In this document: positions 17,467 to 26,458 of the stretch, piece by piece
Layout: the number at the start of each line of letters is the position of its first letter
Numbering within the stretch: position 1 is the stretch's first letter
NCBI GenBank assembly: GCA_041651115.1
Contig: JBAZJY010000004.1
Coordinates: 78,114 to 142,113 of the forward strand
DNA from: Candidatus Omnitrophota bacterium
GTDB taxonomy: Bacteria; Omnitrophota; Gorgyraeia; Gygaellales; Profunditerraquicolaceae
Direction of reading: 5' to 3'
DNA length: 64,000 nucleotides
Notes under the pieces: generated by a model
What the model saw: only the letters and a program-made list of their open reading frames with translations
What the model was told of the DNA's origin: nothing
Databases searched by the model: none
Position numbers and translations under genes: made by a program

Positions 17467-19659
17467 ATGAGTATCCGGCAAAAAGCATTATTTAAGATCA
17501 AAAGCGTTGATTTCGGCAAGGTTGAAGCGCCCAAAAAAGTATCGTCATACTTCGGGGAAAATACTTTTAGCGTTTCCACAATGCGCAAGTATATTTCCGA
17601 GCCTACGTTTGCCGCTTTTAAACGCTGGCTTTCGGAAGGCACTACAATAGACATTAAGCAGGCGAACGAGATCGCAGACGCGATGAAGGAATGGGCGATC
17701 TCCAAAGGCGCGACTTATTATACGCATTGGTTTCAGCCGATGACCGGCCTGACCGCGGAAAAACACGACAGTTTCATTTCCATAGAAGGCCCGGGCAAGG
17801 TGATTGAGAAATTCTCCGGTAATAAACTGATTCAGGGCGAACCAGATGCCTCAAGTTTCCCTTCCGGCGGCATCCGCGCCACCTTTGAAGCGCGCGGTTA
17901 TACTGCCTGGGATCCTTCCAGCCCGGCTTTTATCATTGAAAGCAAACTTGGTAAAACCCTTTGCATACCTACAATATTCATTTCCTATCACGGCGAAGCA
18001 TTGGATAAGAAGCTTCCGCTCTTACGTTCTGATGAAGCCTTGAGTAAGGCGGCTGTGGGCTTGCTTAAGCTTTTCGGGCATAAGGACGTAAAGAAGGTAT
18101 TTTCTACCTGCGGCCCAGAACAGGAATATTTTCTGATTGATAAGAACTATTATAATCTTCGCCAGGACTTGGTGATGACCGGAAGGACATTGGTTGGAGC
18201 GCCTTCGCCAAAGGGACAGCAACTGGAGGATCAGTATTTCGGTTCGATCAAAGAGCGCGTGATTAATTTTATGTTCGAGGTGGCGGAAGAGGCCTATAAA
18301 TTAGGTATCCCGGTAATGACCCGGCACAATGAGGTTGCTCCCCATCAATATGAGTTTGCCCCTGTCTTTGAAGAATCAAATATTGCCGCAGACCACAACC
18401 AGCTCTTGATGGAGTTAATGAAGAAGATCGCCCTGCGTCATAACCTGGTCTGCCTTTTGCATGAAAAGCCGTTTGCCGGCATAAACGGCAGCGGAAAGCA
18501 CCTTAACTGGTCGCTGGCAGACGATAAGGGCAACAATCTTTTGAATCCGGGCGAGACACCGGAGGACAACCTGCAATTTTTGGCAGTTTTAGTCGCGGTC
18601 CTGCGCGCGGTATACAAGCATGCCGATCTTTTGCGCGCCAGTGTTGCCATGGCAGGAAACGAGCATCGCTTGGGAGCAAATGAAGCGCCTCCTGCGATCA
18701 TCAGTGTTTTTCTCGGAGACCAGCTGACGAATATACTAAACATGATTGAAAAGGGCGTGAAAGGTAAAGTTTCCAAACGCGACATCATTGATCTGGGGAT
18801 TGCGCGGCTGCCCAAATTCAATAAGGATACCACTGACCGTAACCGCACTTCGCCGTTTGCCTTTACCGGCAATAAGTTTGAGTTCCGTGCTGTCGGCTCA
18901 TCGCAGAATATTTCCACGCCGATCGCGGTAGTCAATACGATCATTGCCGATTCTCTGGATTATGTGGCCGAGAAGATAAAAAAGGCCGGACAGGGGAAAG
19001 ATTTTAGCACCGCAGTTTTGCAGGTGATCGCGGAGATCGCGAAAGAAACCAAACCGGTGCGCTTTGAAGGCAATAACTACGCCGAAGAATGGGTAAAAGA
19101 GGCGAAAAAAAGAGGGTTGCCCAATGTTGCCTCTACTGCTGAATCGTTGAAAGCGCTGGCTAAGAAAGAGAACATTTCTCTCTTTGAAAAATACAAGGTT
19201 TTCTCGGAGCAGGAACTGATCGCGCGCTACCATATTTGGATACATACGTATAACACCGTGCTTGAGATTGAAGCAAATACCTTGAATGAGATGGTGAATG
19301 CCAGCATCGTGCCTCCGGGCTGCGAATACGAGCAGCTATTGGCGGATGTCCTGGCAAAATTGATCCGGCTGAAAAAAGATGCCGGATTAAAGCTTGATGC
19401 GGCGGCGATCACGGATCAGAAAGAACACTTAAGCGACGTAGTTTCAAAGATCTATTATGTGCGGCGCAATGCCAAGGAAATGGTCAAGCTCCTTGAAAAG
19501 GCAAAAGGGGTAAACCATGAAAAACGCGCCGAGCTTTATTTCACTGAGCTCAAGCCTTTAATGGAGCACATCAGGAAACATGTCGATGCCCTGGAATGCG
19601 TTGTTTCCGATGAACACTGGGATCTTCCGAAATACCGGGAGATGTTGTTCATTAAATAA
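17467..19659 (+). CDS. glnN: Glutamine synthetase type III
   Basis: The 730-aa length is the GSIII size. The GS catalytic core reads HNEVAPHQYEFAPVFE. An RBS, GGGAGGG, lies upstream. Confidence 0.85.
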   Translation: MSIRQKALFKIKSVDFGKVEAPKKVSSYFGENTFSVSTMRKYISEPTFAAFKRWLSEGTTIDIKQANEIADAMKEWAISKGATYYTHWFQPMTGLTAEKHDSFISIEGPGKVIEKFSGNKLIQGEPDASSFPSGGIRATFEARGYTAWDPSSPAFIIESKLGKTLCIPTIFISYHGEALDKKLPLLRSDEALSKAAVGLLKLFGHKDVKKVFSTCGPEQEYFLIDKNYYNLRQDLVMTGRTLVGAPSPKGQQLEDQYFGSIKERVINFMFEVAEEAYKLGIPVMTRHNEVAPHQYEFAPVFEESNIAADHNQLLMELMKKIALRHNLVCLLHEKPFAGINGSGKHLNWSLADDKGNNLLNPGETPEDNLQFLAVLVAVLRAVYKHADLLRASVAMAGNEHRLGANEAPPAIISVFLGDQLTNILNMIEKGVKGKVSKRDIIDLGIARLPKFNKDTTDRNRTSPFAFTGNKFEFRAVGSSQNISTPIAVVNTIIADSLDYVAEKIKKAGQGKDFSTAVLQVIAEIAKETKPVRFEGNNYAEEWVKEAKKRGLPNVASTAESLKALAKKENISLFEKYKVFSEQELIARYHIWIHTYNTVLEIEANTLNEMVNASIVPPGCEYEQLLADVLAKLIRLKKDAGLKLDAAAITDQKEHLSDVVSKIYYVRRNAKEMVKLLEKAKGVNHEKRAELYFTELKPLMEHIRKHVDALECVVSDEHWDLPKYREMLFIK

Positions 19660-19692
19660 GATAATACAACTTTAGGCGATAAGTCAGGGACA

Positions 19693-19726
19693 AAGACGTC
19701 CTCCGGAAGGGGGACGTCTTTTTTTT
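19693..19726 (+). terminator. Rho-independent terminator after glnN
   Basis: AGACGTCC-tccggaag-GGGACGTCT followed by TTTTTTTT. Confidence 0.75.
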
Positions 19727-19771
19727 GCGGTATCCGGTGATTAGTTTTTGGGCAAAGGATGACTGATTATT

Positions 19772-20047
19772 ATGATTAAGCTGGTGATCACAGAAAACGA
19801 AACCGGGATAAAAGATGTGGTTGTTGAGCTGGAAAAATGCTTGTATGATGAAAAAAAAGGGGTATTATATAAATCCATTTTAGAATTAGTGGAAAAACCG
19901 ATCATTGAGCGCGTGCTTGAGCGCACGGAGGGAAATCAGCTTAAGGCAGCCAGGATCTTAGGCATTAATCGCAATACTATGCGGACAAAAATCAAGAAAC
20001 TGGGGATTGACCCTGAAGTATATAAATTCCGTGGACACAATACTTAA
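19772..20047 (+). CDS. Stand-alone Fis-type (HTH_8, NtrC C-terminal-like) DNA-binding mini-protein
   Basis: The C-terminal GNQLKAARILGINRNTMRTKIKKLGI is a classic Fis/NtrC HTH. The protein is 91 aa and sits directly upstream of gltB. Confidence 0.55.
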   Translation: MIKLVITENETGIKDVVVELEKCLYDEKKGVLYKSILELVEKPIIERVLERTEGNQLKAARILGINRNTMRTKIKKLGIDPEVYKFRGHNT

Positions 20048-20086
20048 TTAAGGAAGACGGAATTGATAATTAAGTAGTGTGTCCAC
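20031..20086. repeat. 20-bp inverted repeat (1 mismatch) with a 16-nt spacer, spanning the stop of the Fis-like gene and the 5' end of gltB
   Basis: GTGGACACAATACTTAATTA ... TAATTAAGTAGTGTGTCCAC. The spacer contains AGGAAG. Confidence 0.6.
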
Positions 20087-20097
20087 GAAACAGAAAA

Positions 20098-23000
20098 ATG
20101 AATAATCGTGAAAAGTTAGAAAAATACGGTCTTTATGATCCGAGGTTCGAGCATGATGCCTGCGGCGTAGGTTTTGTGTGTAATATTAAAGGTGCCAGGA
20201 CCAACGAGATCATTCGGCAGGGGTTGGAAGTATTGCGTAAGCTTTCGCATCGCGGGGCAACCGGCGCAGACCCTAAGACCGGAGACGGGGCAGGCATACT
20301 TATACAGATCCCCCATGAATTTTTTGTTAAAGTTGCCGCGGCTGCCAAAATAAAATTACCTCAAAAAGGCGATTATGGGGCAGGGCTGGTGTTCTTGCCG
20401 CAGGATGCTAAAGAACGTAAATTCTGCAAAGATATTTTTTCTGATATTGCCGGCAAGGAGGGTTCAACTATCCTTGGCTGGCGCAGCGTGCCGGTAGACG
20501 ATTCATGCATCGGCATAACCGCAAAACAGACCCAGCCGGTGATTGAGCAGGTTTTTATAGCTAAGGCAGGGGATATAAAAACAGAGATTGACCTTGAAAG
20601 GCGGCTCTATGTTATCAGGAAAAAAACAGAGAATAGCGTCCGCAATTCGCAGATAAAACAAAAATCTTTTTTTTATATCACGAACATATCCTGCCGTACG
20701 CTTTCCTATAAGGGCCTCTTGATGCCTTCGCAGGTGGAAGATTTTTTCCCCGATCTGAAAGACGATTCTCTCAAAAGCAGCCTTTGCCTTGTGCATTCCC
20801 GTTACAGCACCAATACCTTTCCTACATGGGATCTGTCCCAGCCGTTCAGGTATCTTGCCCATAATGGAGAAATAAATACCTTAAGGGGAAATATCAACTG
20901 GATGCTCGCCAGGCAGGGCTTATTAAGAAGTAATGCCTTTGGCAGAGATATCAAAGATATCTTCCCGGTGATCGTTCCCGGCGGAAGCGATTCCGCCTCT
21001 ATCGATAATGTTCTTGAGTTGCTCGTCCTTGCCGGCAGGCCGATAGAGCATGCAATGATGATGCTTATTCCCGCTGCCTGGGAGCGCAACCGGATAATGG
21101 AAGAAAAATTAAGGGACTTTTATAAATATCATTCTTGCCTGATGGAGCCTTGGGATGGGCCGGCGGCAATGGCGTTTACCGACGGCACGCGCATCGGAGC
21201 GCTCCTGGACAGGAACGGCCTGCGGCCTGCGCGTTATATCGTGACTAAGAATGATTTTGTAGTCATGGCATCGGAAGCAGGCGTGCTGGACATACCTGCC
21301 GAAGATGTGCTGTTGTCCGGCAGGCTTGAGCCGGGAAAAATATTTTTTATCGATACCCAGGCCGGATGTTTGATCGGAGATAGAGAAATAAAAGAAAAGA
21401 TGTCCGGTTTAAAACCCTACGGCCAATGGCTTAAAGATAATCTCGTCGAACTGGATAATATCCCTGTGCCTGCAGTTAAAAAAACCGATTCGCAGGACTT
21501 GACCCGGCAGCTTAAGGCGTTTGGCTATAGTCGCGAAGACTTGAGGAATATAATCAAGCCGATGGCCGAGACTGCTCAAGAGCCGGTCGGCTCCATGGGA
21601 AGCGATACCCCCCACGCCGTACTCTCTCAAAAAAGCCAGTTGCTGTATAATTATTTTAAGCAACTATTCGCCCAGGTCACAAACCCGGCGATCGATCCTA
21701 TCAGGGAAGAACTGGTAATGAGCCTGGAGACCTGCCTTGGCCCGGGAAAGAATATTTTTGAAGAGACCCCCGCGCATTGCCATAAGATAATGGTAAGGAA
21801 CCCTATCCTGACAAACGCGGAATTGGCAAAGCTCCGCGATATAAAACAGAACGGCTTTAAAACTAAAACCCTGTCTTTGCTTTTTGACGCATCAAGCGGG
21901 GATAGCTTCATCAAAGCGCTGGATAAAATATGCGCGGAAGCTCAAGCGGCAATCAACGAAGGATATACCTTTATTATCTTAAGCGACAGGGGCCTGAATG
22001 AGCGCTATGCGGCTTTGCCTGCGCTTGCCGCAGTAGGAGCAGTGCACCAGCACCTGATCGGGAATTCGCTGCGCACCCAGATCAGCATTATCGTAGAGAG
22101 CGCTGAACCGCGGGAAGTGCACCATTTTGCGCTGTTGTTTGGTTTTGGGGCGGATTGCATTAATCCTTACCTGGCTTACGAAGCAGTGGAGTATTTAGCC
22201 AGGGAAGGCGAGATTGAAGATCGGCTAAAAGAAAAAGCCCGGGCTAATTATATAAAGGCGGTAAATAAAGGTATCCAGAAGATACTTTCTAAAATGGGGA
22301 TCTCTACTTTGCAAAGTTACCGCGCGGCGCAGATATTTGAGGCGTTGGGTTTAAGCAAGGAAGTAATCGACCGTTGTTTTAGCGGCACGGTTTCCAGGAT
22401 CAGCGGCGCAGACTTTAGCGTGATCGCCAAAGAAGCGCTGCTCAGGCATAGCGAGGCATATCCGGCAACTGAACTTAACCTGCCTCTGGCCGCAGGAGGG
22501 GTTTACCAGTGGAAAAAAGACGGAGAATTCCATCTTTGGAACCCGGATACCATCGCTGCTTTGCAGGATAGCGCATGGAAAAATGATTATAAGAAATATA
22601 AAGAATTTGCCGGTTTGATCAATGATCAGTCTGCTGATCCCACGACGTTGCGCAGCCTGCTGAAATTCAAGCAAGCGCATCCGGTGCCTATTGAAGAAGT
22701 TGAGCCGGTTGAAGAGATCGTGAAACGGTTTGTCACCGGGGCAATGAGCTTTGGCTCGATCAGCAAAGAAGCGCATGAGACGATCGCTATTGCCATGAAC
22801 CGCCTGAAAGGGAAATCAAATACCGGCGAAGGAGGCGAAGACCCGGCAAGGTTCGTAAGCCTGCCTAACGGCGATTCAGCGCGCAGCGCAATCAAACAGG
22901 TTGCTTCCGGAAGATTCGGCGTAACTGCCAACTATCTTGTAAATGCCGATGAAATACAGATCAAGATCGCGCAAGGGGCAAAGCCCGGCGAAGGCGGGCA

Positions 23001-24627
23001 GCTGCCCGGGCACAAGGTAAGCGTTACCATTGCCAAGACGCGCTATACTACGCCGGGAGTAACCCTGATCTCACCGCCGCCGCATCACGATATTTATTCC
23101 ATTGAAGACCTGGCGCAATTGATATTTGACTTAAAGAATGTAAATCCGGCCGCGCGCATCAGCGTAAAACTTGTGTCGGAGATCGGCGTAGGCACAGTTG
23201 CCGCAGGAGTTGCTAAAGGCCATGCAGATATGATCTTGATCTCCGGATTTGACGGAGGCACAGGCGCGTCGCCTTTAAGTTCGATCAAGCATGCCGGCTT
23301 GCCCTGGGAACTCGGGCTTTCTGAAACACATCAGACACTGGTATTGAATGACCTGCGCAGCAGGGTGCGGCTGCAGGCAGACGGCCAGATGCGTACCGGA
23401 AGAGACATTGCCATTGCCTGCTTATTGGGAGCCGAGGAATTCGGTTTTTGTACTGCCGTCTTGATCACGCTTGGCTGCGTGATGCTGCGGCACTGCAACC
23501 TCAATAATTGTTCTGTCGGCGTTGCCACTCAAGATGAGATCCTGCGCCGGAGATTCAAGGGCAGGCCCGAATATATCATTAATTACCTGCGTTTTGTAGC
23601 AGAAGAGCTGCGTGAGATCATGAGCTCTTTGGGCATAAGAAAAATAGATGAAATGGTCGGCAGGACCGATCTTCTGGATATAAATACCGCTATCCTGCCG
23701 TGGAAGGCAAAAGGCATAGATTTTTCCAGGATGACTTACAAGCCGGAAGTGCCGGAAAATATCGGCACCCATTGCAGCGTCAAACAGGACCACGGGATTG
23801 ACAAGATCCTTGACCGGCAGTTGATAAAATCGGCAACAGCGGCATTGCAAAAATCTGAACCCGTGAAGATCGAGCTGGCAATCAATAATGTCAACCGCAC
23901 TTGCGGGGCAATGTTAAGCGGCGAAGTTTGTAAGAGCTATGGCGAAGAAGGCCTTCCCCAGGATACTATCTTTTGTAAATTTAAAGGCATAGCCGGACAG
24001 AGCTTTGGCGCTTTTCTTGCCAAGGGTATTACTTTTGAGCTTGAAGGCATGGCTAACGATTATGTAGGCAAGGGTATTTCCGGAGGTAAAATCATCGTTT
24101 ATCCCGACAAGAAGTCAGGCTGTGACCCGCGGGAAAATATCATTATCGGTAACACTACTTTTTACGGCGCGATCAACGGCGAAGCATATATCCGGGGGTC
24201 GGCCGGAGAAAGGTTCTGCATCAGGAATTCCGGGCTTTATGCGGTAGTTGAAGGCGTGGGTGATCATGGCTGTGAATATATGACCGGCGGAAGAGTAGTG
24301 ATATTGGGAGAAACAGGAAGGAATTTCGGAGCCGGTATGTCCGGCGGCATTGCCTACGTTTACAACCCGCAGGGAGATTTTAAAGATAAGTGTAACCTGG
24401 AAATGGTCCAATTAGAAGCGCTGTCCGCTAGCGACGAAGTAACAATCCGCGATCTGCTCCACAGCCACCATAAATATACGCACAGTGAAGCGGCAAAAAG
24501 AGTCCTTGATGATTTTAAGGTTGAATTAAAAAATTTCGTCAAGGTTATGCCGCTTGAATATAAACGCATTATGGAAACAGCTGAACTGGAACAAAAGCTT
24601 GGCCTTGAAGAAGATTCGGAAGGATAA
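20098..24627 (+). CDS. gltB: Glutamate synthase large subunit
   Basis: The Ntn amidotransferase N-terminus, with CGVGFV after Met, is present. The FMN domain includes GAMSFGSISKEAHETIAIAMNRLKGKSNTGEGGE. A C-terminal GXXG-rich domain is present. The protein is about 1509 aa. Confidence 0.9.
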   Translation: MNNREKLEKYGLYDPRFEHDACGVGFVCNIKGARTNEIIRQGLEVLRKLSHRGATGADPKTGDGAGILIQIPHEFFVKVAAAAKIKLPQKGDYGAGLVFLPQDAKERKFCKDIFSDIAGKEGSTILGWRSVPVDDSCIGITAKQTQPVIEQVFIAKAGDIKTEIDLERRLYVIRKKTENSVRNSQIKQKSFFYITNISCRTLSYKGLLMPSQVEDFFPDLKDDSLKSSLCLVHSRYSTNTFPTWDLSQPFRYLAHNGEINTLRGNINWMLARQGLLRSNAFGRDIKDIFPVIVPGGSDSASIDNVLELLVLAGRPIEHAMMMLIPAAWERNRIMEEKLRDFYKYHSCLMEPWDGPAAMAFTDGTRIGALLDRNGLRPARYIVTKNDFVVMASEAGVLDIPAEDVLLSGRLEPGKIFFIDTQAGCLIGDREIKEKMSGLKPYGQWLKDNLVELDNIPVPAVKKTDSQDLTRQLKAFGYSREDLRNIIKPMAETAQEPVGSMGSDTPHAVLSQKSQLLYNYFKQLFAQVTNPAIDPIREELVMSLETCLGPGKNIFEETPAHCHKIMVRNPILTNAELAKLRDIKQNGFKTKTLSLLFDASSGDSFIKALDKICAEAQAAINEGYTFIILSDRGLNERYAALPALAAVGAVHQHLIGNSLRTQISIIVESAEPREVHHFALLFGFGADCINPYLAYEAVEYLAREGEIEDRLKEKARANYIKAVNKGIQKILSKMGISTLQSYRAAQIFEALGLSKEVIDRCFSGTVSRISGADFSVIAKEALLRHSEAYPATELNLPLAAGGVYQWKKDGEFHLWNPDTIAALQDSAWKNDYKKYKEFAGLINDQSADPTTLRSLLKFKQAHPVPIEEVEPVEEIVKRFVTGAMSFGSISKEAHETIAIAMNRLKGKSNTGEGGEDPARFVSLPNGDSARSAIKQVASGRFGVTANYLVNADEIQIKIAQGAKPGEGGQLPGHKVSVTIAKTRYTTPGVTLISPPPHHDIYSIEDLAQLIFDLKNVNPAARISVKLVSEIGVGTVAAGVAKGHADMILISGFDGGTGASPLSSIKHAGLPWELGLSETHQTLVLNDLRSRVRLQADGQMRTGRDIAIACLLGAEEFGFCTAVLITLGCVMLRHCNLNNCSVGVATQDEILRRRFKGRPEYIINYLRFVAEELREIMSSLGIRKIDEMVGRTDLLDINTAILPWKAKGIDFSRMTYKPEVPENIGTHCSVKQDHGIDKILDRQLIKSATAALQKSEPVKIELAINNVNRTCGAMLSGEVCKSYGEEGLPQDTIFCKFKGIAGQSFGAFLAKGITFELEGMANDYVGKGISGGKIIVYPDKKSGCDPRENIIIGNTTFYGAINGEAYIRGSAGERFCIRNSGLYAVVEGVGDHGCEYMTGGRVVILGETGRNFGAGMSGGIAYVYNPQGDFKDKCNLEMVQLEALSASDEVTIRDLLHSHHKYTHSEAAKRVLDDFKVELKNFVKVMPLEYKRIMETAELEQKLGLEEDSEG

Positions 24628-24629
24628 AT

Positions 24630-26075
24630 ATGGGCGATATAAAAGGGTTCTTGAAAACTAAACGCCATAAATCGCAATACCGGCCGGTATGCGAGCGGTT
24701 AAAGGATTACCGCGAAGTAACGGTCTTGCGTAACGACGATTTGTCGCAGGAGCAGGCATCGCGCTGTATGGATTGCGGCACGCCTTTTTGCCACTGGGCT
24801 TGTCCGATAGGCAATTATATCCCCGAATGGAATGACGCGATGTTCAAGGGCCATTGGCAAAAGGCAATAGAATTATTGACCGCTTGCAATAATCTTCCGG
24901 AAATTACCGGCAGGCTCTGCCCGGCATTATGCGAATACGCCTGTGTCCTGGGGATAAATGACGATCCGGTAACAGTAAGGGAAAATGAATTGGCAATAAT
25001 TGAGCATGCTTTTAAGGCAGGGATAATCAAGCCAATGCCGCCTGCAAAGCGCACTGGTAAGCGCGTAGCGGTTATCGGCTCCGGGCCGGCAGGCATTTCC
25101 TGCGCCGACCAGTTAAATAAAGCAGGGCATAAAGTAACGGTTTTTGAAAAAGACGATAAGCCCGGCGGGATCATGCGTTACGGCATACCGGATTTTAAGC
25201 TGGAAAAATGGATCATTGACCGCAGAGCCGCTATATTAGAGGCAGAAGGAGTTGAGTTCCGCGTAAATACAGATGCGGGAGTAGATTATCCGGCGAAGAA
25301 ACTCTTATCTGAATTTGATGCGGTTTGTCTTACCGGCGGAAGCCGCCAGCCCAGAGATTTAAAGATTGAAGGCAGAGACCTGAAAGGCATTTATTTTGCT
25401 ATGGATTACCTCACGCAATCAAATAGAAGAGTAGCAGGGCAAAGTTTCCCGGCGGATAAATTGATCGATGCCGCAGGAAAGAAAGTTCTAGTGATCGGCG
25501 GCGGCGACACCGGAGCCGATTGCGTGGGCACGGCAAACCGGCAAGGCGCGTCTTGCGTGGTGCAGATTGAAGTCATGCCTAAACCTTCTGAATGCCGCAC
25601 AGAAGATTTCCCGTGGCCAAAGTATCCGCTGCTCTTAAAGAATTCCACCAGCCATGAAGAAGGCGCAGATCGTAAGTGGGCGATATTGACGAAGAAATTC
25701 ATCGGCGAGAATGGTAAACTCAAGAAAATCGTTTGCGTGGAGGCTAATTTTTCTACAAAAGACGCAAAGGGTTGCCCGGTAATCAAAGAAGTCCCCGGAA
25801 GCGAGTTTGAGATTGAAATAGATACGGCGATACTTGCCATCGGGTTCCTGCATCCTGAGCACAGCGGCTTGCTTAAAGAATTAGCAGTGGAGCTTGACGC
25901 AAAAGGCAATGTAAAGACCGATTCCTCTCAAATGACTTCCGTTAAGGGCGTGTTTTCCGCCGGCGATATGCGTCGCGGACAGTCGCTGATTGTCTGGGCG
26001 ATCTCCGAAGGCCGCAAAGCAGCACACTTCATCGACGCCTTTCTCATGGGCCAAAGTAACCTGCCAGCGCTTTAA
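24630..26075 (+). CDS. gltD: Glutamate synthase small subunit (NADPH-dependent, GltD)
   Basis: N-terminal Cys clusters are present. The FAD and NADPH Rossmann motifs are VAVIGSGPAG and VLVIGGGDTGADC. The protein is 481 aa and lies directly after gltB. Confidence 0.9.
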   Translation: MGDIKGFLKTKRHKSQYRPVCERLKDYREVTVLRNDDLSQEQASRCMDCGTPFCHWACPIGNYIPEWNDAMFKGHWQKAIELLTACNNLPEITGRLCPALCEYACVLGINDDPVTVRENELAIIEHAFKAGIIKPMPPAKRTGKRVAVIGSGPAGISCADQLNKAGHKVTVFEKDDKPGGIMRYGIPDFKLEKWIIDRRAAILEAEGVEFRVNTDAGVDYPAKKLLSEFDAVCLTGGSRQPRDLKIEGRDLKGIYFAMDYLTQSNRRVAGQSFPADKLIDAAGKKVLVIGGGDTGADCVGTANRQGASCVVQIEVMPKPSECRTEDFPWPKYPLLLKNSTSHEEGADRKWAILTKKFIGENGKLKKIVCVEANFSTKDAKGCPVIKEVPGSEFEIEIDTAILAIGFLHPEHSGLLKELAVELDAKGNVKTDSSQMTSVKGVFSAGDMRRGQSLIVWAISEGRKAAHFIDAFLMGQSNLPAL

Positions 26076-26458
26076 TCGTATTCCAGTTAACTGAACCTGC
26101 CGGTTCTTTTCGCTCAGTGTGCCGTTTGCCCTAAGATAAAGGAGGGCACGCCAATGATCTTTCGCATTTCGGCGGCGGTGAACTCGCCCTTTTTGCTCTA
26201 GCAAAAAATGGCTCAGACACTCCACCGCCGTCCCGATATTACCGCCTATTCAGGCGGCATCGGGATTCCCGAAAGTGCTCAAGCTCCATTGGCTAAACGG
26301 CCCAAACTTCGCTCAAAGAACCGCCAGATTCATTTTACAAGCGAATCGTTTATAATCTTGCGGCTGACTTGGCTTGCTTTGAGCAGGGCGTGAGGAGGCT
26401 TGAGCGGGCGATGAAACTTTACCTTGATGATAATCTGGGGCTAGGGTAGAATACACCT

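Noticed and set aside
25881-26225. 114-aa minus-strand ORF overlapping the 3' end of gltD
   Set aside because: It is antisense to the gltD C-terminus and spills into the leader. It has no RBS and no motif.
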